From Neophaeotheca triangularis (lineage: Eukaryota), in the NCBI GenBank assembly GCA_054600435.1, contig BAAIJX010000026.1, positions 186,001-250,000 of the forward strand: a DNA stretch of 64,000 nt, given 5' to 3'. The translations under genes were made by a program, and so were the position numbers. This document shows, in pieces, positions 23,178 to 34,560 of the stretch. Below the pieces are notes generated by a model. It did not search any database. It worked only from the letters and a program-made list of their open reading frames with translations, and had not been told where the DNA came from. How positions within the stretch are numbered: the first letter of the stretch is position 1; every line of letters starts with the position of its first letter.

Positions 23178-26100
23178 ATGGCATACGATCAGTCAAACTA
23201 CCAGCCGCCGCCGCGCGCGTACTATGGCCAGCAGCAGCGCCAGCAAGCTCCTGTGCAGCAGCCTCACCGTAATGAGGCTCAGCAAGGTTATGACGAGTTT
23301 GGTCAGGGATACCCGGAGGACTATAGTCAGGGATACGGGAATGGTTACTATGGTTCTGCGCAACACTACGAGGAGGAGGCGAGTCTGGGGAATGGGAATA
23401 TTTACGGACGGGGCCAATATGACGCAGGAGCACAACATCAGGGGGGGTATCAGCAGAATTATGATCAGGAGTATGGAAGGGGCCAGGACCCTACGAGTAG
23501 GCAAAATCACCAACAACGCTCTTACGACCCTCGCTATCAGCAGAAGGCCATGGGCGGAGGCCGTGGAGGCTCTGGCCAGCAGGACCGCCAGGGAAGAGAC
23601 CCAAGGCAAAAACCTCCAGGACCCCAAGATCGGCAGGTGCATCAGGGGCAGCTGGCACCGAGACAACGATCTAGGCCACCGGGTGACCGTCCTCGACAGC
23701 AGCAAAGTTATCAGGTGCAGTCTGCTCAGCAGGGACCTACGGCGCGACAGGGATCGTCTAATGGATATCCTCGAGCAGGCGAGAGACGCCCGAGGCCTGA
23801 AGATCCTATGCGACAGCGGAGGCCCGAGCAACCTGTTCCTCTGCTCTCACAGGACGGAGGAAGGAGCGCGCGTGATCGGCCACCTAGACAAGCTCTAATT
23901 CCAACACCTCACGACATCCCTGCACCCCGGGGTGAGCAGACCAATCGCATGGCAGAGTGGAAAGCCAAGGAGAAGGCCAGAATGAAGGCGGAGGCGAAGT
24001 CTCCGGAAGTCTCAGCGCAAGACAATGCTTTCCCCGTCTTTTTCAATCCTAGGCCGAATCCGAGGAATCAGAACTTGAACAGTACCGACGCTAGCGAAGA
24101 CAGAGCGAGGCCTTCCACGTCAGAAGGTCCACGATCGCGTGGAGCAACGTCCTCGAGTCAAAGGCCTGGCACATCTGGAGGTGGAGGTGCCGGTCAGAAC
24201 ATTCGCAACCAGCCACCCATTCCTGACGGCAATTTTGGACAGACGTACGATCCGTCTTACGGTCACATGGACAATGCGGTGGAGCCATCTCAGCAAATAC
24301 AATGGCCCATCCCTGATGCGGTATCTCAGCAGCAGCAATATCCCGGACGTAACCCATCTAACTCGGGTCAGGATCCGCGTCAGCCATACATCGGCAATGC
24401 TGCTCGCAGTTATTCGGAAGAGACGCAAAAGCCAAATGGCCAGGATGCGAATGATGGACGATTTGCATCTCAGCAGCCTATGCAGAAACAGAGGCGCGGA
24501 GTCCCGCCTCCAATTCAATCTATCCAGACCAGCAGCCAGCAGCACAGACACGCCATGCCAGCCTATGCCAGTCACCAGCAGCCCTTGAGCCCAGCTGTGG
24601 TCCCGTCAATACCAGCTACTGCTCACGATTCGAAGAGCAATGCCTCATATGTGGGCCCTGCATCCGCTTACGCACCCCCTCTGGCAGAAACGCCAGAAGA
24701 TTACGGTTACTCAGGTATTGCGCAAGCCATAACTAGCCCAGGTCTGTACTCGCCATCCGACGAAACGGTCGAGCGACCATACAACGAGCAGTTTCAGGAT
24801 TACGACGTTGCCCCTACACCTAGAACGGCACAGAACTCCAGGAGAAAGCATGACACTATAATGGAGGTCTATGCTCACTACGGAGGTGAAGATCCTCCGA
24901 CTCCCCCTGGCGTACCGGGGCAAGCGTCTGCATGGCCCTCGCGCGAGGACGAGATCGAGGCAGAGATGCCCGACTTCGACAGTGCTGCTCCCGGGCAGAC
25001 CTCAAGCTTGCACAAACGCCAGCAAACTGTTGGAAAGCACCTCGACAACAGCGGGCGGTCCGCCACTGTCCCGCCTCCGATGCCGCAGGCTCCTTCTCAA
25101 CCTTCGTACCGGAGCGCCCCGTCTGTGCCTGCGAACCGCGGACAGTCTGCTTCTGTGCCGCCATCAATGCCGCACACGGCGCCGCCACCGGACCCGAGCC
25201 AGCGACCGCGTTTCTATCAGCAGCAAAGTGAGCCGCAGACAATAGCAGCTCCGAGGGTTGACGGCATTTCTGGGGGCTTCGTGTTTGGTTTCTCTGGTGA
25301 GGAGTCTACTGCCGGACAGTATGGCCAACAGATGCCGCCACCACAGCAGGAGATACCGTACCGGCAGGGTCCCCCTACTGGGCAGCCAGTGCAGCAGTAC
25401 AGTACCCGACCCTCTTTGGGCGATCCTAAACGTCCACGACAGCCTTCGGGTTCCAACGGCGCTCGGCCACCTGTGCTTGACCGAAATGGACAGCCTTTGC
25501 CTGTGCGCGGTCCTTACCCTCCACAAGGGCGGCCAGACATTCGCCCTGGTCAAGGAGCTCAGCCAGTATGGTCAGACCCAGGTCAGCAGCGAAAGGGAAG
25601 CGCAGTAGCGCAACGTCCAGGCGTAAAGCCACCACCAGACAATGGTGGGGATTTGCAACAACGACACAGCAACCCAGACTCGCTCCCTCAGCATCCAACA
25701 CCTTTGTCATCCGGACTCGGACCCACCTCCCCTCAAAACAATGCAGCCCATCCAGCACCTGTCCGTAATTACGGGGGTGGCCCAGTTCCCCCTGGCTCTT
25801 CAGGATCACGGCAAGGATCCGTAGAGCTTCCACCACAGCCAGTCACCCACGCAGAACTCGATCAATTACGTGCAACCGTCTCCGCGAACCCAGAGAACTT
25901 AGCGAAAAGCCTTCTCCTGGTCAAGAAACTAGTCGAAGCCTCAAACGTGCTTGCCTCGGAAAGCGGTCGTCTAGACGCCCGCTCAACCGCCAAGAACCGC
26001 GAACGCTACATCAACGACGCCCACAAGCGCCTCAAGAAGCTGGTTGGCGCTGCTTACAGTGAAGCGCAATTCTACCTAGCTGACTGCTATGGCCAAGGCA

Positions 26101-27101
26101 TGTTGGGCCTCGAAGTCGACACCAAAGAAGCCTTCAACCTCTACCAAGCCGCGGGCAAGCAAAACCACGCCCAAGCCGCCTACCGCACTGCCGTCTGCTG
26201 CGAGATCGGCCCCGAGCTCGGCGGTGGTACCCGTCGCGACTACGCGAAAGCGGTGCAATGGTACAAACGCGCCGCAACCCTCGGTGACCAAGCGGCGCAG
26301 TTCAAAACGGGCATGATTAGTCTCAAAGGCCTACTAGGCGCGCCGCGCAACGTAGACGAAGCCATCGTAATGCTCAAACGCGCCGCCGAGCAAGCCGACC
26401 GCGAAAATCCCCACGCCCTGCACGAGCTCGCCATTCTCCACGAACCCCTCAACCCGGACCCGGAAGTGCGCGACCGGCTGCCGGCCGACGAGAAGCTCGC
26501 GCGCCACCTCTTCCAGCAAGCCGCCGACTACGGCTACAAACTGTCGCAGTTCCGCCTCGGCCAGGCGCACGAGTATGGCTCGCTGGGCTGCAAGATCAGC
26601 CACCGCAATTCCATTTTCTGGTACACCAAGGCTGCCGCGCAGGGCGAGCACCAGGCGGAATTGGCGCTGAGTGGATGGTACCTGACGGGAGCCGAGGGCG
26701 TTTTGGAGCACAGCGACCATGAAGCGTATATGTGGGCGCGCAAGGCGGCGCTTAGCGAGCCCCCGCTTGCGAAAGCCATGTTCGCCATGGGCTACTTTAC
26801 TGAGAATGGAATCGGGTGTCCGGCGAGTTTGGAGGAGGCTAAGAGGTGGTACGGCAGGGCTGCTTGTAAGTCTTTCTTTCTCCTTTCTGCGGGTTATCTT
26901 TGGCTGATCCCCCTGCCGTGTCCTCGTTTCTTTACTAACTTTTGATTTCTTATCACAGCTTATAAATTTCCTAAAGCGCTGGAGAGGCTGGAGGAGCTGA
27001 AGAAGGGGGTTGGTGCCAAGGGTAAAGGAGCGCCGCCTGCGAATGGGCGGTTGACGCGCAAGGATCAGAGAAGAGATGAGGCCGAGTGCGTTGTCATGTG
27101 A
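23178..27101 (+). CDS. CHS4: Chitin synthase activator (Chs4/Skt5 family, SEL1 repeats)
   Basis: Long Q/P/G-rich N-terminus; SEL1 repeats (AQFYLADCYG, AAYRTAVCCEIG, ELALSGWYLTG); intron 26866-26958; terminal CaaX box CVVM. Confidence 0.92.
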
Positions 27102-27560
27102 GAGCTTAGTGATCAGGACGGATATCAATAGCGTGCCGAAGAGCATCGGAGGGTGGTTGGATTACAGCACACAATCTCACACTCCTCGAAGAGACGACCT
27201 ATACCTTGGACACCGAATCAGCACGTAATTATCGTTTCAAGAAAATTCTCCATCATAGCCCCCATCACTTGTCTTCAGCCTCCGTAAAGCCCCTACTCGC
27301 TGGTACTTATTGTCGGGTGAGCTTCCACCATAAGCCCCCCTTTCCCGTTTCCTATAGCAACCGTCGTTTCAGCAATGTCAAGCCCCGCAACCAAAGCCCG
27401 CATGACCCTCTTAACGCATCCGTCCGTAATGGCTTCCGAGCGCCCCAACGACCCTGCGTCCTGGGAACAAAGCAGCAGGGGCATGATGCCTAACGGAAGG
27501 CTCAACCAGGCCTTTGAAGGCCCGGACTAATTCTACCAAGGCTTGGGTTTTTACAGTCAT

Positions 27561-27567
27561 TATATAT
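27561..27567 (+). promoter_or_regulatory. TATA-like element upstream of the 5S rRNA gene
   Basis: TATATAT starting 27 nt before the 5S start, as known for dispersed 5S genes of filamentous ascomycetes. Confidence 0.6.
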
Positions 27568-27587
27568 GAAATTAAAGTACGTCTGCT

Positions 27588-27706
27588 ACATACGACCACA
27601 GCTCAGTGAATCTAAGGCATCCCGTCCGCTCTGCCATATTCAAGCACTGAAGCGGGTGACTAGTACTACGGTGGGTGACCACGTGGGAATCCCACCTGTT
27701 GTATGT
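27588..27706 (+). rRNA. Dispersed 5S rRNA gene
   Basis: 119 nt; 5' ACATACGACC pairs with 3' GTTGTATGT; conserved ATCCCGTCCGCTCT, CTAGTACT, GGGTGACC and GAATCC elements; followed by oligo-T. Confidence 0.95.
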
Positions 27707-27725
27707 TTTTTGCTTTTTCTTTTTT
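27706..27725 (+). terminator. RNA polymerase III oligo-T terminator
   Basis: TTTTTTGCTTTTTCTTTTTT immediately after the 5S gene. Confidence 0.8.
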
Positions 27726-28287
27726 CATTCTCCGCCGAGGCCCTGGAAACCTTTTACTCCCACAAGCCAGTGGTCGTGCACGCATCTTCGCGTAAAGAGC
27801 ACGCCAGTCGATGCATTGGTGAACTCGCCAACGGTCTGGAGCTTTTTGCATCGCTGCGACTAGTTAGAATGGCTCAAAGGCGTTGATGCACTGGTACCAT
27901 CGGCTTAGATCAGGGATTGAGTCGTCCAGTGGCCACGGTGTCGTTTGATTGTGTTGAGGCTGCGCCAGACAAGGCGTGGTAAGTCCTTTGGAGTGGCCAA
28001 TGTCGTGGTCGGTGCGGCCCTCGAGATATGTGTTTCAACCGGGGGCACAATCGGCTACGCGAACAGGGAATGGCGTTAACACAAGATGGGTAGATGATTG
28101 GCCTGAAGGCTTTGTTCAGATCGTCGGAAGAACTTCTAGGCAATTCAAAGCAAGTGACACCATAAGTACTGGGCCAAGGCAGGGGCCACAGTGAAAGGCA
28201 GCCTGATTCCTGACCGTGTCTGTCGAAAGACAAGTGCATAATCTAGCACAGATCATCTCGATATCATTACAATCTTGCTCCACCCGC

Positions 28288-31200
28288 TCAAGCATCTCGT
28301 CCAAAAACACTCTGCCGCTCACTAAACTCCAAACCCAAATGCAACCTCCGCATAGCCCGCTCATCCCCAAAGACCACCGACTTCCCCAGCAACGTCCAGC
28401 CTCCCCCCAACTTCTGCTCTCTAGGCTCCAACAACCACAACCGCGCCAGATGCATATACTCATCATCCAACAGCGCCCTGGGCACCGCAGCCCTAACCTC
28501 ACCCCCCTCACTCCTAGCCGGCGGAGCAAAAGAAACAACCTTCCCGCCATTGCTCGCGTCAAAAACACAAACGGGCCTCCACTCCTCCCGAACCGTGACC
28601 TGCCGCTGCGGCATCCCCCTCACAACCAGAAAATTAACAAAATCCAGCAGAAACCCCGCAGCGTCTTTACTCCAGTGTTCCACGGGCCAACCACCACGAG
28701 GATGGTGCGTGTTACGCAAAGCCACGAGTAAGTAGCCCGCGGCCGCGAGATCCTGTTTCCAGCGACTGACGCCGTAGCGCTGGCAAATGGACTCCATCCA
28801 GTCTGGTCCGCACTCGAAAACACAGGTGAGGGTTTGAGCGTAGACTTCGCGCATGGAGCCGAAGAGGCCGTTGCAGGTTGCGTCGTTGATGAGGTAGCGG
28901 TGGCGGTTGCGGCCGACTTTGTGGTGCAGACAGAAGTCTAGGAAAGTTTGGGCGAGGGCCATGGTGGAGGGGAGGTCTGTCGGGTGTTTGAGGATAGTTT
29001 GAGTTAAGAAGTTGAGGTCGATGAGGAGGGTGTGGGAGGGTGGGGAGGGGATGAAAGAGGCGGAGATGAGCGTGTTGGGTGCGAAGCGTCTGAGGGTTTT
29101 GTAGTTGTTCAGGCCGGCGTCGACGTTTGTCGGTTCGAGCAGCCAGCTTGGGACGCGTTCGTGGGAGGGGTCTTGGGGGTATGGTGCGGACATGGGATGG
29201 CCGACCGAACAGAGTGCGCCAGGGTCGCGGGCGGCGAGCGCTAGCTGCATCAGCATGTAGAAACATTCGGATGTGCTGACGTTTGTTTGAGGGTTGCGAA
29301 TGGCAGGTGCTAACGTCAGACCGCATTCCATGGTGTTGAGGATGATTGACATTTTGTCCTTTTTAGCGGCGGCTTCCCTGAGCTCTTCGGAGATGGACGG
29401 GTCACCACCAGCGCCCATTGCAAAAACTTCTGCAATGACGGTGGTAAAGTTGCCGTGGTTGTTACGAGGAACTACAGACCCAGGCCGTGAGCGGTCTTGG
29501 AAAAATGCGTTCAAAGCCGGAATCAGCATGACCACGTCGAGATCGGACGGTACTTCAGCGGCGAGCGCAAGTAGATGTGCGAGCCATTTGCCGGTGAATC
29601 TGACGAAGGCGGAATTGCCAGTCGGCGCCGATTTCTCGCAAGCCACCAGAAACACATGGTCTTTGGCAAGCCGCATTTCGTGCCTACACCACGCACGCTT
29701 GAACCACGACGACTGCAACAATTTGTGCAGCACTTGATAGATCTCTTCATGGTTCTCGAGATATGGCGGGCTCTGACCTCGGAAAGGCTTGTCGTGAGCG
29801 AGAGGCGCGACACGATTGTACTCCACTAGGTGATCCTCGAGAATGGTCGATTCGTGTGGCGTCAGCAGCACGTCGAGCGCAACCACAACCACGCGAGCGC
29901 TGCGATACACCATCTCCATGGCAGACATTGCTAGAGTCTTCTCGTCTTCAGAAGCCTGGTCGATGCAGATTTGGTCGACCCAAAGGCCTTCGCTTTCCGA
30001 CCTGCGTTCGTCGAGTACAGCTTGAAACATGATAGGATCCAGGGGGAGAGTGTACGCTTGTCCTTGCTTCCTCACCAATATATTCCGACGATACGACAAG
30101 GCGATGAAAGATCTCTGAGGCGCCAGGATATTGGCCGTGCGTATCAGCCTGAATTTGAAACTGTCCATGATATCCGGTTTGACGGCGAAGCTCTGGGCCG
30201 CGAGTTGATCCATCTTGGCAAGCTTCTCGAGTAGAGTGTCGGGTGGGAGCTCGGCGTCCGGTTCGACAGCGAGCATGTCACGCTTCTCTAGGGGAGTGCA
30301 GAGCTGAACTTTGTCGAAAGGGATGATCTGATGCTGCGGCACGCCTGGGGTAATGATTTTGTAGAGAGGGCGTGGTATGGTCATCCTCGCTTCGGTGTCT
30401 GAGATTCCTTCTGGAGGTTCATCAGCAGGCTGTGACACGGGGAGAGGCCAATCGGAAGGTGGAGGTTGAATTTCCCATCGGTTGAATCTGCGTAATACGG
30501 ACATCAACTCCACCGCCGTGCATGTGTTGACGGGTTTTGGTGACGGTGACCGACTCGATTCTGGGGTTGTGTCTGCCATAGAGTCAATCGGCGAGTGTCC
30601 ATCAAACCCCGTAGGTCGCTTGACGAGGAACCTGAACTCTGGTGTTCCCTGATCTTCTTGAGTCGGCCCTGGCTTGAGACGGTTCCTGGGCACTGGAGTC
30701 TTAATGGTGGGAGGTTCAGAAGAAGGTCTATTGCGAGCACCTCGTTCCCTTCTCAGCCTGTTCTTCCTCAGTAAAGTCTCCCATCTTTGACGTCCGGAGC
30801 TGGATCCATTGTCGCTCTCTTCAGTGCTCGTCTGGTCCCCACTGATGTCGCTGCTGTAGCCTCGTTTATGCTTAGGGCGAGCCGTCGGACTAGTAGGGGA
30901 CTCAGCCTGCAGATGCGTGTTCCGCCCGCCTTGTCGAAAAGGGTCACCGGTGGATAGAAACTGCTTGTGGCTCACTGTACCCGACCTACGTGGACGCCTG
31001 GGCGAGATTTGGCGAAAGGACTTGACGGCCATGTGAATGCTCTGTACGAGACGCATACGTGTAGTGGTATCTCGTGGTTGTTGCTGAAAATACTCCCGGC
31101 GCCACTTGGCTTCCTCATAGCCTTCCCTCGCCTCCTCCAAGTCTTCCTCGGCTTCCAGCTTCGCTATGACAGCATCGCTGTACTGGCCATATGCTTCGAT

Positions 31201-31716
31201 CTCACGTCGCCGCAGTTTATCAAGCTGCTTGCGACGATCAGCCGCGGCGTTGAAGCCTGTGCTACCTCGCGAGGATCCACTGTCTCGACTCTTGGATCGG
31301 TATATGGTATTGGACGTTTCAAGAGTTTGTCCTCCTCCGTTACGGATGCCACTCAAGGACGCCGCCTGCTCTTCACGACCTCTTCGAGTATTGGGATATA
31401 GATCGTGCCCGTCTTCATCCACAGATGACTCGTCCGAGCTCGAGTCATGGCCCAGATGCTTGAAGACCTTGTTGTGCACCTCCTCCTGCTGCTGTTGTAA
31501 CAAAACGATTTCATGATATCGTCGCCTCTTGTCTGGGTTTCCTAAGATTTCCCAAGCGTGCTGAATGCGGTTGAAGAGGTCAGCATTCCCTTGGATGCGA
31601 TTCGGGTGGTATTTGAAAGCTAATTGGTAATATCGAGCCTTGATAGCTGCCTGAGTGGAGTTCCTCGAGAGGTTCAGGGCGTGGTAGGGATCGGGAGGAA
31701 TGCGAGTCGGATCCAT
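28288..31716 (-). CDS. DnaJ-domain / HET-domain fusion protein
   Basis: 1142-aa ORF. N-terminal J domain DPYHALNL...IKARYYQLAFKYHPNR...FNRIQHAWEILGNPDKRRRY; coiled coil and disordered linker; HET motifs FIALSY, LWVDQICIDQ, MEMVYRSARVVVVAL, WFKRAWCRHE at about 29670-30115. Confidence 0.9.
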   Translation of the reverse strand: MDPTRIPPDPYHALNLSRNSTQAAIKARYYQLAFKYHPNRIQGNADLFNRIQHAWEILGNPDKRRRYHEIVLLQQQQEEVHNKVFKHLGHDSSSDESSVDEDGHDLYPNTRRGREEQAASLSGIRNGGGQTLETSNTIYRSKSRDSGSSRGSTGFNAAADRRKQLDKLRRREIEAYGQYSDAVIAKLEAEEDLEEAREGYEEAKWRREYFQQQPRDTTTRMRLVQSIHMAVKSFRQISPRRPRRSGTVSHKQFLSTGDPFRQGGRNTHLQAESPTSPTARPKHKRGYSSDISGDQTSTEESDNGSSSGRQRWETLLRKNRLRRERGARNRPSSEPPTIKTPVPRNRLKPGPTQEDQGTPEFRFLVKRPTGFDGHSPIDSMADTTPESSRSPSPKPVNTCTAVELMSVLRRFNRWEIQPPPSDWPLPVSQPADEPPEGISDTEARMTIPRPLYKIITPGVPQHQIIPFDKVQLCTPLEKRDMLAVEPDAELPPDTLLEKLAKMDQLAAQSFAVKPDIMDSFKFRLIRTANILAPQRSFIALSYRRNILVRKQGQAYTLPLDPIMFQAVLDERRSESEGLWVDQICIDQASEDEKTLAMSAMEMVYRSARVVVVALDVLLTPHESTILEDHLVEYNRVAPLAHDKPFRGQSPPYLENHEEIYQVLHKLLQSSWFKRAWCRHEMRLAKDHVFLVACEKSAPTGNSAFVRFTGKWLAHLLALAAEVPSDLDVVMLIPALNAFFQDRSRPGSVVPRNNHGNFTTVIAEVFAMGAGGDPSISEELREAAAKKDKMSIILNTMECGLTLAPAIRNPQTNVSTSECFYMLMQLALAARDPGALCSVGHPMSAPYPQDPSHERVPSWLLEPTNVDAGLNNYKTLRRFAPNTLISASFIPSPPSHTLLIDLNFLTQTILKHPTDLPSTMALAQTFLDFCLHHKVGRNRHRYLINDATCNGLFGSMREVYAQTLTCVFECGPDWMESICQRYGVSRWKQDLAAAGYLLVALRNTHHPRGGWPVEHWSKDAAGFLLDFVNFLVVRGMPQRQVTVREEWRPVCVFDASNGGKVVSFAPPARSEGGEVRAAVPRALLDDEYMHLARLWLLEPREQKLGGGWTLLGKSVVFGDERAMRRLHLGLEFSERQSVFGRDA

Positions 31717-32278
31717 TGGCCGTGATAGAAAGGAGGTTGTTGTAGATTGACGGCTGTCGACCTTGGGATAGCTTTATTGCGAGCAAACAGCATGGTCCTT
31801 TGTTGTAGACAATGAGCAAACACAAGCACCGTGCTCACGGTCTTGCATATGCTTTGGGGGCCAATCGACATGGGTCTACCTCACACGACGACATCGAATA
31901 CCGTCTTTGGTGTTGCAAACGGGGGGTGTAAGCATGCAAGCATGGCATGGTAAGCTGCTCCGCCACACCTTGGAGCTGTGAATAGTAGCGCGGAAGCTTT
32001 CCCGCCAGCAAGCGAGGCGAGACAGCTGAGGTGTTGTTGGTCTGAGCACCGACATTGGCCGACCATTCCAGAGCTCGGTGTGTCTACAGCGTATGTACAC
32101 ATTACATATGCCTCGTCAACAATGTCTGAAAGCTTCTGTCTGGGAATCGTGGTACCAGGAATAGCAGTAAAGAGCTCAACGCTTCCCCGAATGTTGCACT
32201 CAAGACACGGCGTGGGCATAACGTTCCAGTACAGCTCAGCATTGCCACTAGTAAGTACATACTACAAAGAACATGCTC

Positions 32279-33870
32279 TCACCATGTACCACTAGCGCTC
32301 CTGGTCCGCAACTTCAGCTCCTTCTCGACATCCTGCAGACCTTGCTCATGCTTGACCCGATGTCGTTGTTGACTGAACTGAAACCACCATAACCAAGCAA
32401 CTATGACGAAACCCGTCAAAGGAATTGTCACGGCAAAGTAAACCCAGACGTAAGACGAGACTAGAGGGCCCTCGTCGCCGTCCCAATTAAACACACCCTC
32501 CATGCCAAAGAAGGACGCGACTGCGGTACCAGGTAGGAAGACCAGCGTGAGCATAGCGATCGTCTTCATCGCCGCACTGTCCTCCCTGGTCTCGTTGGCA
32601 ACTTGCGCCGTGGCTTTTGCAATCTCGATGTTGAGCAGATTGTCTCTTCGAGCTTCCTCTGCAATCTTGCGAGAGCTCTTGGCGAGCTCGATGTTGGTCT
32701 GCATATCTCTCTGCGCGATGAAGTTGAAGATTGTCTTCGATTGGCCCTTGACGCGTTTCGGAATCACATCCAGATCCAGCTTGACCTGCTCGGAGTACCT
32801 GATTTGCTGCTCGATCTTCTCGCGCATCTCTTCGATGTAGCTTGTGCCACCTTCCCAGAGACTCTGCCAGAGACGGTGATATTCGTCGAGGTACTTTAAA
32901 AGGTTTGCGGCCAGCTCTAGCTCGAAATTTGATCGTCTTTGCAGTCGTAGATGCTCGAGGTTCATTCGATTCAGCAGCTTGTAGTCGCCATTGTCTGCTA
33001 GTGAAATATCGCCATCTGCTATTCGCTCCTCCGTCTCAGTTAGCTCCCGTGAAAGTAAATGTACCTGCGAGATGGTATCGTTGACGTGTTGGTCCAAGAT
33101 GACAAATGGTAGGATGGCAAAGTCGCGAGGCACTTTTGGATGGCGATTCAGATAAGCTTGGCCGGCGAGCAAATTGTCTAGCGTGAAATTCGAATCTGTC
33201 ACGAAGACTCCACCGCAATACGACCTCTCTCGATTGACTAATGAGAGTGAACAGAAGGAGCCGCCGTCTCTGGGAGTCTGAAGCAGGAAAGCTGTCCGAG
33301 TCAGCTAAAGCATGGTTATCCAAGCGAAAACGAACGTACTGAGAACACCATGAGATGTGAGCGCAGCAGAACCGCCACCGTCTCTTCGCCACAGGTGCTC
33401 ATATTCATCAGATACCCATCGCTGCTGGCGGAGGACGTTGAGGAATTCCTCCCGTATTGGCAGAGCCGTCTCATCTACTTTGGCGATCCGAGATGCCCGT
33501 CTCGCATGCTGCTGAGGCCTCTGGACAACTCTAATGACTAGTCAATACAGGTCGAGATCCTTAGTTTCGGGGACCTTACAAGAGCTTGAAACGAGCGGTA
33601 CTGCTATCATAGCTTCGGTCGATCTGTACCGAAGTTTAGCAAAACGGATCTGTAGAGGCGATATAGGACTGGCCATGCCTTGTGATGGGTCAGAAAATCC
33701 TCTTGCGCCAGGTCGCGTAAAGGCCGAGTCTTGATAGTGGCCGGGAAGCGCCAATTGCTATGCTAAGGCCTTTTTAGTTTTCACGAAGATGTACTGGAGT
33801 GAGACACTAGATGTGAGTTTACCTCGAGCTTGCTGTCGCTGATCTCGAATCTCTGAAGACTGGGATCCAT
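32279..33870 (-). CDS. CorA-like protein (helical region plus two C-terminal TM helices)
   Basis: C-terminal DSAAMKTIAMLTLVFLPGTAVASFFGM...WVYFAVTIPLT typical of fungal CorA-like proteins. Proposed exons 33823-33870, 33679-33762, 33580-33623, 33340-33530, 32279-33291 (459 aa); exon 2/3 structure uncertain. Confidence 0.8.
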
Positions 33871-34560
33871 CTTGCTGCCCTACCTAAATGTGCCGATGCG
33901 AGGCCTTGCGGTGTGTGTATGCTAACCTACCGCAGCGCGAGAAAAGATGTGAGCCGCATTGGGAAGGCATGGCCAGGCTATGGTCTCACATATGGGACTC
34001 TAGTACTACGACTGTAGTACATAACTACACCGCATGCGCTGGACGATATGAGTGCATATGCAGTAGGCGAAAGTGGCCCACTCTTATTACAGGCGCTAGG
34101 ACATATTGGTCTAGGCTCGCTTCTTGTACAACCGACCTCATCCCGTCAAGCCCGTTTCTTTCTTCCTTGAAAAACAACCTGGAATAATGTAAGTTACCTG
34201 CGAAAGGTATCCTCCTGGCTTTCTGTCTTGACGGAATACCTAAAGCAAACCGTTTCCTATGTTACTGGCAGATGACACCAAAGTCGTGACATGAGGACCG
34301 GGTATACCACAATCCAACTCGAAATCGTGACCACCGGCCGGGGCTTGTGGCTGTGTCGACTTCGCCCCCTTTTCGCTTTGACTGGGCGGCCAGGCATTCT
34401 ACGACTGGCCCTTCAGTGGCGTTGGTTGATCTCGCGCGCCTACAACGCACGATTTGCGCTGGGACACGTCGGATAAACTTGGCGACTATATCGTCGCTAT
34501 GAACTGCAACGGCCCTTCATATCACATCAGTCTCGACGGCATTGTCCGCCGCTCCGATAG

